Source: Elusimicrobiota bacterium (lineage in GTDB: Bacteria > Elusimicrobiota > Elusimicrobia > Elusimicrobiales > UBA9959). Taken from it: a stretch of DNA of 64,000 bases. Shown here in pieces: positions 11,238-21,230 of this stretch (its first letter is position 1; each line of letters opens with the position of its first letter). A model generated the notes under the pieces. That model saw only the letters and a list, made by a program, of their open reading frames with translations, was not told the origin of the DNA and did no database searches. Made by a program: the position numbers and the translations under genes. The stretch is from the NCBI GenBank assembly GCA_012517235.1, contig JAAYVI010000014.1:19266-83265 (forward strand), written 5' to 3'.

Positions 11238-12434
11238 TTAACCGCAACACGAACAGGAACAAATCTGTTTGCTAATATTTTTGGAAAAAACGGCCTTTTT
11301 ATCGGTCTTTTCCCATATAAAATCTTTATCGTTTCTTCCGAAATGTCCGTAAGAAGCCGTCTTTCTAAATATCGGTCTTCTCAATTTAAGATCTCTTATT
11401 ATGCCTTTGGGAGTAAGGTCGAAATTTTTTACGACAAGATCGGTAAGTTTTTCCTCTTCTATTAAACCGGTACCGTGAGTATCCACGTAAACCCCTACCG
11501 GCTCCGCTACGCCTATGGCATAAGCCAATTGTACGGTACATTCCTTTGCGGCTCCGGAAGCAACTATATTTTTAGCTATATATCTGGCCATATAAGCCGC
11601 CGATCTGTCGACTTTCGTCGGATCTTTTCCGGAAAAAGCTCCTCCTCCGTGAGGAGCCACTCCGCCGTATGTATCGACTATTATTTTTCTACCCGTTACG
11701 CCGGTGTCCGACTGAGGACCGCCGACTACAAACTTGCCGGTCGGGTTTACAAAAATTTTTGTGTTTTTATCGGTCATTTTCGAATCTATTACGGGATTAA
11801 TAACAGCTTTTATGATTTCTTGTCTGGCTTTTTCGGTTATTTGTTTTCCCGTTTTATCTAATATGGCGTCCAAATGCTGAGTGGAAAGAACTATGGTCTC
11901 TATTCTATGAGGCAAACCGTTTCTATACTCGATGGTAACTTGAGATTTTCCGTCCGGGCCTAAGTAATTTAAAATATTTTTCTTTCTTACTTCGGCCAAT
12001 CTCATGGTAAGTTTATGAGCCAGAACCAAAGGTAAAGGCATAAATTCTTCGGTTTCGTCGCAGGCATAACCGACCATAAGTCCCTGGTCTCCCGCTCCGC
12101 CAATGTCTACGCCTTGAGCTATATCCGGGCTTTGTCTTCCTATTACGTTCACAACCGCGCATGTCTCGTAATTAAATCCGTATTTATTGTCGGTATATCC
12201 TATTTCTTTGACCACTTTCCTTGCCAAATCGTCTATGTCCACATAAGTTTTTGTGGTTATTTCGCCTCCGACCACAACCATGCCTCTTGTAATAAAAGTC
12301 TCGCACGCGACTCTGCCCGCCGGATCTTTTTGCATTATTTCGTCTAAAACCGCATCAGAAATCTGGTCGCAAACCTTATCCGGATGTCCTTCCGTAACCG
12401 ATTCCGAAGTTATGAATTTATTTCCTCTGTCCAT
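11238..12434 (-). CDS. metK: S-adenosylmethionine synthetase
   Basis: I chose the ATG at 12434 preceded by GGAGGAAAA; the track start at 12455 is a TTG. Motifs present: [34 protein letters not shown]. It ends in an unusual CSCSCCG tail. Confidence 0.95.
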   Translation of the reverse strand: MDRGNKFITSESVTEGHPDKVCDQISDAVLDEIMQKDPAGRVACETFITRGMVVVGGEITTKTYVDIDDLARKVVKEIGYTDNKYGFNYETCAVVNVIGRQSPDIAQGVDIGGAGDQGLMVGYACDETEEFMPLPLVLAHKLTMRLAEVRKKNILNYLGPDGKSQVTIEYRNGLPHRIETIVLSTQHLDAILDKTGKQITEKARQEIIKAVINPVIDSKMTDKNTKIFVNPTGKFVVGGPQSDTGVTGRKIIVDTYGGVAPHGGGAFSGKDPTKVDRSAAYMARYIAKNIVASGAAKECTVQLAYAIGVAEPVGVYVDTHGTGLIEEEKLTDLVVKNFDLTPKGIIRDLKLRRPIFRKTASYGHFGRNDKDFIWEKTDKKAVFSKNISKQICSCSCCG

Positions 12435-12451
12435 TTTTCCTCCTAAACAAA

Positions 12452-13852
12452 TCAAACCGAAGCTTTATAAGCGATATCTAAAAGTTTTTTGGTATTGGAA
12501 ACGCTGTCCGATTCGGCATAAACTCTTAAAAGCGGTTCTGTTCCGGACGGCCTTATCAAAAACCACCAATCGTTTTCCAAAACGACTTTAAGTCCGTCCA
12601 AAGTATTGGCTTCTTTGACTTTGTAATTTAAAATTTTCTTGGCTAACTTCTTTTTTATTTTTACGGCGAAAGAGTGCTTATTGCCTACGGGTTTGGGAAG
12701 ATGATAATCGTTTCTTAAAAAGAAAGATTTTCCGTATTTTTTTTCTATTTCCGCCCAAATTTCGGATATCTTCTTTTTTTTGGCAAAACACATCTCCAAA
12801 AACATCAAAGCGGTTATTATTCCGTCCCTTTCCGGCAAATTATTCTTCCAAGCGTATCCTCCGGATTCTTCGGCTCCGAAAAGTATGTCTTCCGAAAACA
12901 TTTTTTCCGCTATAAATTTAAATCCGACCGGGACTTCTTCGAAAAGAAAATTTTTAGATTGCGCTATTCTCTTAGTGAGATATCCCAAAGAAACCGCCTG
13001 TACTATCTTGCCGGAATATTTTTTATATTCGACCAAATAATCGGCTATCATGGGAGCTATTTGGCATGGAGTAAGATAATTTCCTTTGTCGTCTATCAAA
13101 GCGAATCTGTCTCCGTCGCCGTCTATCGCTATGCCCATAACGGCTTTGTTTTCTTTTACGGCTTTAAGCAAATGAGAGAGATTTTTTTCCACGGGCTCGG
13201 GAGCGCCTATCTTCGAAAACAAAGGATCTCTTTCGCTATGAAGAGATATTATGTTTTTATCTTTGCCGAATATTTCCCCGGCCACTTCGGCCGCGGCGCC
13301 GTTCATAAAGTCTATCACTATTTTGCCTTTAAGTCCGGATAAAATTTTTTTTATGTCGTATTTGGATTTTATATAAGCGCAATACTCTTTCCTGAAATCT
13401 TTCTTTTCGACTTTTTCTTTTACCTCAAAAACCGGATTTTTAGGTATATGTGTTTCTATTTCGGCGGTCATGGAAGGCGGGGCGGAACGGCCTTTATATT
13501 TTATCTTCACGCCGTTGTAAAGATAGGGATTATGGCTGGCGGTTATAACTACTCCCATAACATATTTTTTTTCGGTAAGAACGCTTATGGCCGGAGTGGA
13601 AATCGGCGTAAGGGAAAGTTCCGCGGTTATCCCGCTTTTCTGCAGCACCGCGGCGAATTGTTCGGCAAATTTTTCCGAGAGAAACCTTCTGTCATAACCT
13701 ACCGCGACTTTTTTATCGGGACCTTTCATGGACTTATAAGCCATATAATCGGCCAGACCTTGAGCTATTCTTCTAACATTGTTAAAATCGAATTTGTCTC
13801 CTATCATTCCTCTGAAGCCGTCGGTTCCGAAAACTATGTCGTTTGCCGCCAT
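12452..13852 (-). CDS. phosphoglucomutase/phosphomannomutase family protein
   Basis: 466 aa with the active-site Ser loop [11 protein letters not shown], the metal loop [15 protein letters not shown] and IRPSGTEP. Confidence 0.85.
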   Translation of the reverse strand: MAANDIVFGTDGFRGMIGDKFDFNNVRRIAQGLADYMAYKSMKGPDKKVAVGYDRRFLSEKFAEQFAAVLQKSGITAELSLTPISTPAISVLTEKKYVMGVVITASHNPYLYNGVKIKYKGRSAPPSMTAEIETHIPKNPVFEVKEKVEKKDFRKEYCAYIKSKYDIKKILSGLKGKIVIDFMNGAAAEVAGEIFGKDKNIISLHSERDPLFSKIGAPEPVEKNLSHLLKAVKENKAVMGIAIDGDGDRFALIDDKGNYLTPCQIAPMIADYLVEYKKYSGKIVQAVSLGYLTKRIAQSKNFLFEEVPVGFKFIAEKMFSEDILFGAEESGGYAWKNNLPERDGIITALMFLEMCFAKKKKISEIWAEIEKKYGKSFFLRNDYHLPKPVGNKHSFAVKIKKKLAKKILNYKVKEANTLDGLKVVLENDWWFLIRPSGTEPLLRVYAESDSVSNTKKLLDIAYKASV

Positions 13853-13984
13853 AAAAACCTCTTAATAGTAAAATTAAATACCGCATAAACGCGGTTTCAA
13901 ATCAATGATATATTTTATATATTTATAACCTTCAAAAAAAGCATTTTTCAAAGTTTTGCGTAACTTTTTAAGTATAATTGTTTT

Positions 13985-14425
13985 ATGGTCAGAATAAATT
14001 TATATTGGTTTGGAAAAACCAAATCGCCTCTTATGGCCGAAGATATAAACCGATACGCCAAACTATTGGGAATTTTTGCCGATTTGAGAATAATCGAATT
14101 TCAAGAAGAAACCGGATCCAAAGAACAGATAATAAACCGGGAATCGGAAAAAGTATTAAAAAAAATGCCGGAAAAATTTATATTACTCGACGAAAAAGGA
14201 GAAAATTATACGAGTCTGGAATTCGCCGACTTTATCAAAAATCAAAGCGAAATAAATTTTCTAATAGGCGGCGTTTACGGCTTATCCGAGCAAGCAAAAA
14301 ACAAAGCGGTTAAAAAAATAGCTCTTTCCAAAATGACCTTTACTCATGAAATGACGCGTATTATACTTTTAGAACAGCTTTACAGAGCTTTTTGCATAAT
14401 CAAAGGGAAAAAGTATCATTATTGA
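13985..14425 (+). CDS. rlmH: 23S rRNA (pseudouridine1915-N3)-methyltransferase RlmH (SPOUT)
   Basis: 146 aa, typical RlmH length, with blocks LDEKG, FLIGG..G and SKMTFTHEMTRIILLEQLYRA. Confidence 0.85.
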   Translation: MVRINLYWFGKTKSPLMAEDINRYAKLLGIFADLRIIEFQEETGSKEQIINRESEKVLKKMPEKFILLDEKGENYTSLEFADFIKNQSEINFLIGGVYGLSEQAKNKAVKKIALSKMTFTHEMTRIILLEQLYRAFCIIKGKKYHY

Positions 14426-14520
14426 TCCTTAAAATATCGTAACGCCGGATTTATTTGAGAGATATAAAAAGTTAAAAAATATGTAAAATACGATATGTAC
14501 GTTTATTGTAAGGAGATCGC

Positions 14521-15966
14521 GTGCTTTTCATAATTTCTTTGATTTTAATTTTTATAATATTTTTTTCTCTTCTCTTTAAAAAAGTAAATATTCCTCTTAT
14601 TCTAATATCTTTGGCTTCCGGAATGATTTTCGGAAGCGACATTTTGGGAATAATATATTTCGATAATGTTTGGGCGACAAAAGAAATAGCGGAAATCGCT
14701 CTTATATTTATACTTTTTGCCGGAGGATACGGAATTAAAAAAAGCGAAATTAAGCCGGTTATTAAAATTTCTGTTTTTCTCTCCACTTTTGGAGTATTTC
14801 TTACGGCCTTATCTTCGGCTTTAATTTTTGCTTTTTTATCCGGCTGGAACTTTTGGGAATCTTTTCTTTTATGCGCAATAATTTCCTCTACTGACGCCGC
14901 GGCATGTTTTAGCATTCTAAACTCGAATTCCGTGGACAAAAGATTAACATCCATAATTAAAACCGAATCCGCATCCAATGATCCGGCCGCAATAATTTTA
15001 ACGACATTTATCGTAAACGTTATGGCGGGAATATCGCAAGGCTACTCAAAATATTTTGCGTTAATGATTTGGCAAATGGCCGGCGGAATAGCCGTCGGAA
15101 TTTTAATAGGATATCTCGGAGTTTTTCTTTTTAGAAAAATAAGAGAGCTGGACATAAGTTATTCTTACATACTGCTTGCGGCCGTTTCGCTTTTATCTTT
15201 TTCCGCCGGAGATATGTTAAAGACAAGCGGAATTCTTTCCGTGTTCTTTGCGGGCATTGTAATAGGAAACGAAGATATCCCTTATAAAAATATGACTTCT
15301 TCCTTTGCCGAAATATTATCTTTTATATCCAATATCGTATTATTTATTATGCTCGGTCTTTTAGTTTTTCCCAAAAAATTCGCCTTAATATGGAAACTCG
15401 GTCTTTTATTATTCTTTGTAACAACTTTTATCGGAAGACCTCTCGTAATATTTATTTCCTCTATTTTCGAAAAAACTAATTTGAGAGAAAAAATTTTCTT
15501 ATCGTTATCGGGAATAAAAGGTTCGGTTCCGATAGTTTTAGCCACATATCCTTTGTCTATGGGTATGGATCCGGAACATAAAATATTCAACATAATATTT
15601 TTTGCCGTAACCATATCGGTAATTTTTCAAGGAGTGCCGATAGCAAAGTTTGCCCAATTATTAAAATTGACGGGAACAGATTCAAAGAAAAAGATTAATA
15701 TGATGAAACTTGTAAATATTCACGACAACCATTATGACTTGATAGAAGTTTTTATAGACGATGAAATTTATTCCGGAGAATTTAAAATATCCGATATTAT
15801 TCTTCCCATGGGAACGACCATAACCATGATAAACCGCGACAATTCGATAATAGCCCCTTCGGGAAAGACATTAATAAGAGCAGGAGACGTTCTTTTTATA
15901 CTTGCCGAAAAAGAGAAGATAAAAGAAGTTACGGATATTATCTTAAACAAGTTCGGAAATAAATAA
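14521..15966 (+). CDS. K+/H+ (CPA1/NhaP-type) antiporter with C-terminal TrkA-C domain
   Basis: 481 aa with a GTG start after AGGAG. It has about 12 helices including the cation/H+ exchanger blocks ISSTDAA and ESASNDPAAI. The C-terminal soluble domain (LIEVFIDD...GDVLFILAEKE) resembles TrkA-C. Confidence 0.8.
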   Translation: MLFIISLILIFIIFFSLLFKKVNIPLILISLASGMIFGSDILGIIYFDNVWATKEIAEIALIFILFAGGYGIKKSEIKPVIKISVFLSTFGVFLTALSSALIFAFLSGWNFWESFLLCAIISSTDAAACFSILNSNSVDKRLTSIIKTESASNDPAAIILTTFIVNVMAGISQGYSKYFALMIWQMAGGIAVGILIGYLGVFLFRKIRELDISYSYILLAAVSLLSFSAGDMLKTSGILSVFFAGIVIGNEDIPYKNMTSSFAEILSFISNIVLFIMLGLLVFPKKFALIWKLGLLLFFVTTFIGRPLVIFISSIFEKTNLREKIFLSLSGIKGSVPIVLATYPLSMGMDPEHKIFNIIFFAVTISVIFQGVPIAKFAQLLKLTGTDSKKKINMMKLVNIHDNHYDLIEVFIDDEIYSGEFKISDIILPMGTTITMINRDNSIIAPSGKTLIRAGDVLFILAEKEKIKEVTDIILNKFGNK

Positions 15967-16008
15967 AAAATATTTGCAAAAACCATCCGTTATATATCTT
16001 TAGAATTA

Positions 16009-17214
16009 TTAAAAATAAATGACATCCTTATTTTTTTCGGTTAAAAACATCAGCATATATTCTTTTATATGTCTTGTAATCAAGAAATTTTCTTTAACAT
16101 GATTTCTGCCGTTTAAAGCAAGATAGGCGGCATACTCGGGATTTTCTATAAGTTGTTTTATATAATGCGCGGTTCCTTCTATGGAATTGCTCAATAATCC
16201 GTTATATTTATGCGTTATTTGATATCTTATCCCGCCTACATTTGAAGCTATCACAGGTTTCTTTTTCCACAGAGCTTCGGATATTGTAAGGCCAAAACCT
16301 TCTTTAAGAGATTTTTGAAGTATGACGGTACTTCCTCTTTGAAGGGCGTTTATTAATATATCGTTTTGCGCAAGCATAAGTATATGTATATCGGGATCGT
16401 CTTTTTTCTCTTCCAAAACTTCCTCATAAACCTTCGCGCCTTCCGGATCGTCGTCGGCTCCGCCGCCGGCAAGCACAAGCTGACAATCCACATGACGCTT
16501 TACCATCTTATATGCTTTAATTACGCCTATCGGGTCTTTCAGTCTGTCAAACCTCGATATTTGAGTTATGATTGGTCTTTTAATATCAATATTAAAATCA
16601 AAAAAAACTTTTTCTATTAACTTGTCATCAAGTTCCTTATTTTTATCGCTCATTGGATCTATCGACGGAAATATCAAATATTGAGGTATTTCAATATCCG
16701 TTTTTGAAAAATAAGGACTTGAAAAAACACAGGCGTCGTATTTTGATATAAATTGTTTTAGAAAATTATAAACTTTTTCGTCGGAATTTGTAAGATCTAT
16801 ATGACATCGCCAAAACCAACCGTTATTTTTTTTAGCGTTAACCAAAGCTATTGGCTGAGGATCGTGAATGAAAACGATATCCGCGTCTAAATTTATCTTT
16901 TCGATATTCTTATTATTTGTTTGAAGAAAAATCTCAAAATCTTCGGCGGAAAAATTTTCTTTTACTCCGTGAAGAGCGTTGTGAAACTTTTTTGTGACGC
17001 CATAAAAATCGGCATCCCCTTTGATTATATCCCATTTTATGTTTATTCCCATACTTTCCATTATGGGAATCATCTTATTTAATATCTCGGCCACCCCGCC
17101 GCCTTTGAATGTCGAATTCACATTTAAAATTTTCTTGCCTTTCAATTTCTCAGCTATTGACTTAAGCTCTATAATTTCTTTTTCTCCGATTATACTTCCG
17201 TAATTGTCTATCAT
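16009..17214 (-). CDS. treT: GT4 glycosyltransferase, trehalose synthase (TreT)-like
   Basis: 401 aa. The N-terminus NVNSTFKGGGVAEILNKMIPIMESMGINIKWDIIKGDADFYGVTKKFHNALHG matches my memory of archaeal/bacterial TreT. The C-terminal E-x7-E GT4 region is SLKEGFGLTISEALWKKKP. Last gene of the trehalose operon. Confidence 0.7.
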   Translation of the reverse strand: MIDNYGSIIGEKEIIELKSIAEKLKGKKILNVNSTFKGGGVAEILNKMIPIMESMGINIKWDIIKGDADFYGVTKKFHNALHGVKENFSAEDFEIFLQTNNKNIEKINLDADIVFIHDPQPIALVNAKKNNGWFWRCHIDLTNSDEKVYNFLKQFISKYDACVFSSPYFSKTDIEIPQYLIFPSIDPMSDKNKELDDKLIEKVFFDFNIDIKRPIITQISRFDRLKDPIGVIKAYKMVKRHVDCQLVLAGGGADDDPEGAKVYEEVLEEKKDDPDIHILMLAQNDILINALQRGSTVILQKSLKEGFGLTISEALWKKKPVIASNVGGIRYQITHKYNGLLSNSIEGTAHYIKQLIENPEYAAYLALNGRNHVKENFLITRHIKEYMLMFLTEKNKDVIYF

Positions 17215-17849
17215 ATATGTTTTCTTATCAAATTTAAAATTTTGTTTCTAAGATTTTCTACCGTCATATTGTACGGATCCCATTTGCCCATTTCCTCCGC
17301 TATTTTCCCGTATTTATTTTCAAGCATCCATGATTGAAAATCGTTTATATTCGAATCAAGTCTCAATCTTGATTCGAATATATGAAAATAAATGGAATTA
17401 GATTCTATAAATTTTATTTTTTCATAAAATTCCGATAAATTTTCAGCCTTTTGTCCCGTAGATACTATAAACGTATTACAACCCATAAACACAAATTCTT
17501 CGTTTGCGGCGCATTTTTTCTGCCTTTCGTATGTTGTCGTATTTTCCTTAATTACCTCAATATATTTGCGTTTTAATTCCGAAAGCTTACCAAACTCAAG
17601 TATATTTACGCTCGCCACTATTTCGGATAATTTTTTCATGTTAAGAGCCTTTTCTATCCAATAAGCAAAATCGTTTGGAGGTTCGGGCGAAACAGACTGA
17701 TGCTGCTTTAAAAATCTATGGGTATGATAATAAACAGAATTGGCCGGGATTTTCTCAAGGCCGGCAATCAATTCGTCGATATTTACCGCTTTAACATTCA
17801 ATATTCTAACGAGATGTATATTTTTTTTAAATTCAAATATGCTCATCAA
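17211..17849 (-). CDS. conserved-looking hypothetical protein with internal duplication
   Basis: 212 aa, overlapping both neighbours (17 nt and 4 nt). It contains two copies of an N-S-[VI]-Y-[YF]-H ... N-D-F-x-x-W module: NSVYYHTHRFL...PPNDFAYWI and NSIYFHIFESRL...NINDFQSWM. Confidence 0.6.
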   Translation of the reverse strand: MMSIFEFKKNIHLVRILNVKAVNIDELIAGLEKIPANSVYYHTHRFLKQHQSVSPEPPNDFAYWIEKALNMKKLSEIVASVNILEFGKLSELKRKYIEVIKENTTTYERQKKCAANEEFVFMGCNTFIVSTGQKAENLSEFYEKIKFIESNSIYFHIFESRLRLDSNINDFQSWMLENKYGKIAEEMGKWDPYNMTVENLRNKILNLIRKHI

Positions 17850-20058
17850 TTATTCTCTTTTTAATTATTTTCTTAAAAAAATTTCTTAAATATGCCGGAT
17901 TTTTAACGATATATTTGGCAGCCGTATTTTTCGAATAACCGACTTTTATCGTATGAGCGTTTTTATCTTTTAAAAACTTAAAAACATCTTCGTCGGTAGT
18001 ATCGTCGCCGGCAAAAAATATAAAGTCATATGCGTCTTTGACAAAAAGGCGAGAAATTGCCGCTCCTTTATTGTTTGAATAACTTCTTATTTCGACAATT
18101 TTATTGCCTTTAAGTATTTGAAGATTCATATTTGCGGTATAATTTATAAGTTCGTCGATCATTTCATGTATTCTTAAATTTGCCATTTCGGGATCGCATC
18201 TTCTATAGTGAAATCCTAAAGAAAAAGATTTTTCTTCCACGACGGAATTGGGAAGTCTATTTTCATACCTTTTAATAATGGGAAGTATTTTATTTTTCCA
18301 GTCGGTATCTTCTTTAAATAATTCGTTCCATGCGCCGCCGGACTCTTTAATCCAGCTGCCGTGTTCCGCGATAATTCCTATATTTAAGTCTTTAAAAAAA
18401 TCGTCTACAAACTTTATCGGCCTTCCCGTGACAATGTAAAATTTTGATATTTCCGAAATATCTTTTATTATCTTTAAAAGATCTTGATCCGGTTTGGTTA
18501 AGGTGAAATCTTCCGTAAAATTCACGAGAGTACCGTCATAATCGCTTATTATCAAACTTTTTGTCGATTTTTGAAAATCTTTTATGATTTTATTTAGATT
18601 TTCTTCGCTTAGAAAAATTGCCGTCAAATTATTATTTTCTTTATATACCGCCTCGATATCGCATATAAAATCTTTTGCCCAAGATATTACGCTATATTCC
18701 TTGAGTCTTTTTTGCATTTCGTATAATCTGTCTCTTTTTTCCTCATGATTCATCGTTATTGCTTTTTTTAAGGCTTCGGAAATTTCCCTTGCGCTATTTG
18801 GGTTTACAAGTATTGCTTCTATGAGTTCCTTTGCCGAACCGGCCATCTCGCTTAATATAAGAACCCCGTTATAATCCGATTTTGCCGCAATATATTCTTT
18901 GGCGACAAGATTCATCCCGTCTCTTAAAGGCGTAATAAGGCAAATATCGGAAGCAAGGTATGTCGCCACAAGTTCGTTGACAGGAACGTGTCTCCATAAG
19001 TATATTATGGGCTGCCAGTCGACCGTACCGTATGTGCTATTTATCTGGCTTATTTTTTTATCTATCTCGTCTTTAAGTTCGCGATATCTGTCTATGGCGA
19101 TTCTTGAAGGCACAAGAAGAAGATAAAACGTTATTTTTTTATGATGTTCCGGATTATTTTTAAGAAACTCTTCAAATCCCAATAATCTATTATTTATTCC
19201 CTTGGTATAATCAAGCCTATCCACGGAAAAAATTATTTTCTCCGTTTTTATTTTTTCTTTAATCTCTTTTGAAATAAGCCGTATTTCGCTTGTTTGACTT
19301 AACGCGTTAAACTTTTCAAAATCTATTCCCATCGGAAACGTATCTATTTTTATAATTCTATCGTTCCAGTATATTTTTCCGAGATTATGATCTATCCCTA
19401 AAATTCTTAGAAGCGCCCGCAAAAACGAATAAGTATATTCGTTTGTATGAAATCCGATAAGGTCGCTGCCTAAGATTCCTTTCAATATTTCCTCTCTCCA
19501 TAGGACGGGCAAAAGTCTAAATACCTCAAAAGACGGGAACGGTATATGGAGGAAAAATCCTATCTTTACTCTATTGCCCAATACCTCTCTGACCATTTGC
19601 GGTACGAGCATGAGATGATAGTCGTGTATCCATATTATATCTCCGTCCTGAGCTATTTCGCATATTTTATCCGCAAAAATTCTATTTATCGTTTTATAAG
19701 TTTCATAATGTTTTTCTTCATATCTGGTATAAGCCTGAAAATAATGGAAAAGAGGCCATATTGTTTTATTGCAAAATCCCTGATAAAAATACTCCATATC
19801 CTCGTCTTTTATAAAAACCGAGACTATATTATGATCTTTTGATTTTACATTAAACCGATCTCTCATATTCTCGCTTATAAACAATCCCGGCCACCCTATC
19901 CATATATACTCGAGAGAATTTATACTCGAATTTTTTAAATAATCGAGATAAGAACTTATTCCGGAAACAAGGCCGCCGGAACTCGGAGTAAAAGTAAAAT
20001 CGCCGTCTTTTAAAGAAAGCGTAAAAGGAAGTCTATTTGATACTATTAAAAGTCTCAT
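17833..20058 (-). CDS. otsAB: bifunctional trehalose-6-phosphate synthase / trehalose-6-phosphate phosphatase (OtsA-OtsB fusion)
   Basis: 741 aa. The N-terminal GT20 region has LLIVSNRLP, IWIHDYHL, GFFLHIPFPS, VDRLDYTKG and RDGMNLVAKEY. The C-terminal HAD phosphatase has ISDYDGTLV and FAGDDTTDEDVF. Confidence 0.85.
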   Translation of the reverse strand: MRLLIVSNRLPFTLSLKDGDFTFTPSSGGLVSGISSYLDYLKNSSINSLEYIWIGWPGLFISENMRDRFNVKSKDHNIVSVFIKDEDMEYFYQGFCNKTIWPLFHYFQAYTRYEEKHYETYKTINRIFADKICEIAQDGDIIWIHDYHLMLVPQMVREVLGNRVKIGFFLHIPFPSFEVFRLLPVLWREEILKGILGSDLIGFHTNEYTYSFLRALLRILGIDHNLGKIYWNDRIIKIDTFPMGIDFEKFNALSQTSEIRLISKEIKEKIKTEKIIFSVDRLDYTKGINNRLLGFEEFLKNNPEHHKKITFYLLLVPSRIAIDRYRELKDEIDKKISQINSTYGTVDWQPIIYLWRHVPVNELVATYLASDICLITPLRDGMNLVAKEYIAAKSDYNGVLILSEMAGSAKELIEAILVNPNSAREISEALKKAITMNHEEKRDRLYEMQKRLKEYSVISWAKDFICDIEAVYKENNNLTAIFLSEENLNKIIKDFQKSTKSLIISDYDGTLVNFTEDFTLTKPDQDLLKIIKDISEISKFYIVTGRPIKFVDDFFKDLNIGIIAEHGSWIKESGGAWNELFKEDTDWKNKILPIIKRYENRLPNSVVEEKSFSLGFHYRRCDPEMANLRIHEMIDELINYTANMNLQILKGNKIVEIRSYSNNKGAAISRLFVKDAYDFIFFAGDDTTDEDVFKFLKDKNAHTIKVGYSKNTAAKYIVKNPAYLRNFFKKIIKKRIIDEHI

Positions 20059-20218
20059 TTTTATTCATCTCATTGCATATATAAATTTACTGTCGTTAAA
20101 TTCTACTTATTTTTTCTTTTTTCAACAAATATTAAATATTTTTGTCGATAAAAACGACAACCTAATATTTATCCTTGCTCATGTATATAATTTGAAATAT
20201 TATGGGGATATGGGGATA

Positions 20219-20623
20219 TTATTTATAATTATTTGACAAAACTTCTATGGCTTTTTGAGGATCCGAAACGTTTATAAGGACTCTCGACATCGCTCCGCCG
20301 AAAGCGGTTCCGTAAACGGTGGTTATATTTATATTGTTTTCGCCCAAAACTTTGGTAAGTTTTAAAAGTTCTCCCGGCCTGTCCATAAGATCTATGGATA
20401 TCATCGTAGTTTCCAAAGTTGTAAATCCGGCTCTTGTAAGGATATAACTTAATTTTTTATCGGAATCTATGGCGATTTTAACTATTCCGGACTCGTCGTG
20501 TATTTCGCTGGCTATGCCTATTATATTTATTCCTTCGTTTGCGAACAGTTCCACAAAATTACTCAAAGATCCCGGTTTATTGGGAAGAAAGACGGTGTAT
20601 TGTTTTACTGCTTTTATGGCCAT
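20219..20623 (-). CDS. tandem ACT-domain protein
   Basis: 134 aa with two ACT-like units (VFLPNKPGSLSNFVELFANEGINI and LMDRPGELLKLTKVLGENNINI). Confidence 0.7.
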   Translation of the reverse strand: MAIKAVKQYTVFLPNKPGSLSNFVELFANEGINIIGIASEIHDESGIVKIAIDSDKKLSYILTRAGFTTLETTMISIDLMDRPGELLKLTKVLGENNINITTVYGTAFGGAMSRVLINVSDPQKAIEVLSNNYK

Positions 20624-20660
20624 AATGAAATTTTATCAAAAAGAAATATTTTTAGGCAAA

Positions 20661-21212
20661 TTAAAGGCCGAGCATGCCTTTTTTCAGGTTTTCGTCTGCC
20701 GGTTTTTCGCCCAACCAAACATTTAAAAGAGTTTCGCAAAAATCGGAACCTTTAATTTCTCCCTTTTTTTCTCCGTTATAATAAACTTCCAAGATTTCGT
20801 TTTTGGCAAATATAAACCTGACCAAATCCTTCTTTTTGAGATCGGGTATATAACTTTTAAAAATGTTTAATCTTTCCTTAAGCGAGTTAAAATCTGGGGC
20901 ATTTTTTTTGAAACTTTCTTCTATGGCTTCCGCTATTGTTTTACCTGACACCGAACGCAGAAAAGAAAGTTCCACTATTTTATTTTCTTTGCTTTTGATA
21001 ACCGTATTTGCGTCTTTATTCTTATTTTCCAAATAAAGAGACGCCACATAAACATTAAATACAACCTTTTTTCTAAGACCCATTCCGTTTAAAATAAGAT
21101 TCGTGTCCTTTATCTTAACGGTATCCGGAGAATTAACCCCCATAAATTCAGCCGCAAAAATTCCGCAAATCGAATATGACCATAAAACAACCGCAAAAAA
21201 TATTTTTTTCAT
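20661..21212 (-). CDS. secreted chalcone-isomerase-like family protein
   Basis: 183 aa with a signal peptide and the CHI-like block LILNGMGLRKKVVFNVYVASLYLE. Confidence 0.6.
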   Translation of the reverse strand: MKKIFFAVVLWSYSICGIFAAEFMGVNSPDTVKIKDTNLILNGMGLRKKVVFNVYVASLYLENKNKDANTVIKSKENKIVELSFLRSVSGKTIAEAIEESFKKNAPDFNSLKERLNIFKSYIPDLKKKDLVRFIFAKNEILEVYYNGEKKGEIKGSDFCETLLNVWLGEKPADENLKKGMLGL

Positions 21213-21230
21213 ATTCTCTCCTTTTCTATG

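Noticed and set aside
13875-13895. Hairpin ACCGC-ATAAAC-GCGGT in the pgm/rlmH divergent spacer
   Set aside because: It is a short 5-bp stem with no convincing T-run and no upstream gene to terminate on either strand. It is probably fortuitous or a minor promoter-region feature.
14472-14978. 168-aa minus-strand ORF
   Set aside because: It is fully antisense to the well-supported K+/H+ antiporter gene. It has low-complexity I/K-rich composition typical of shadow ORFs in AT-rich DNA.
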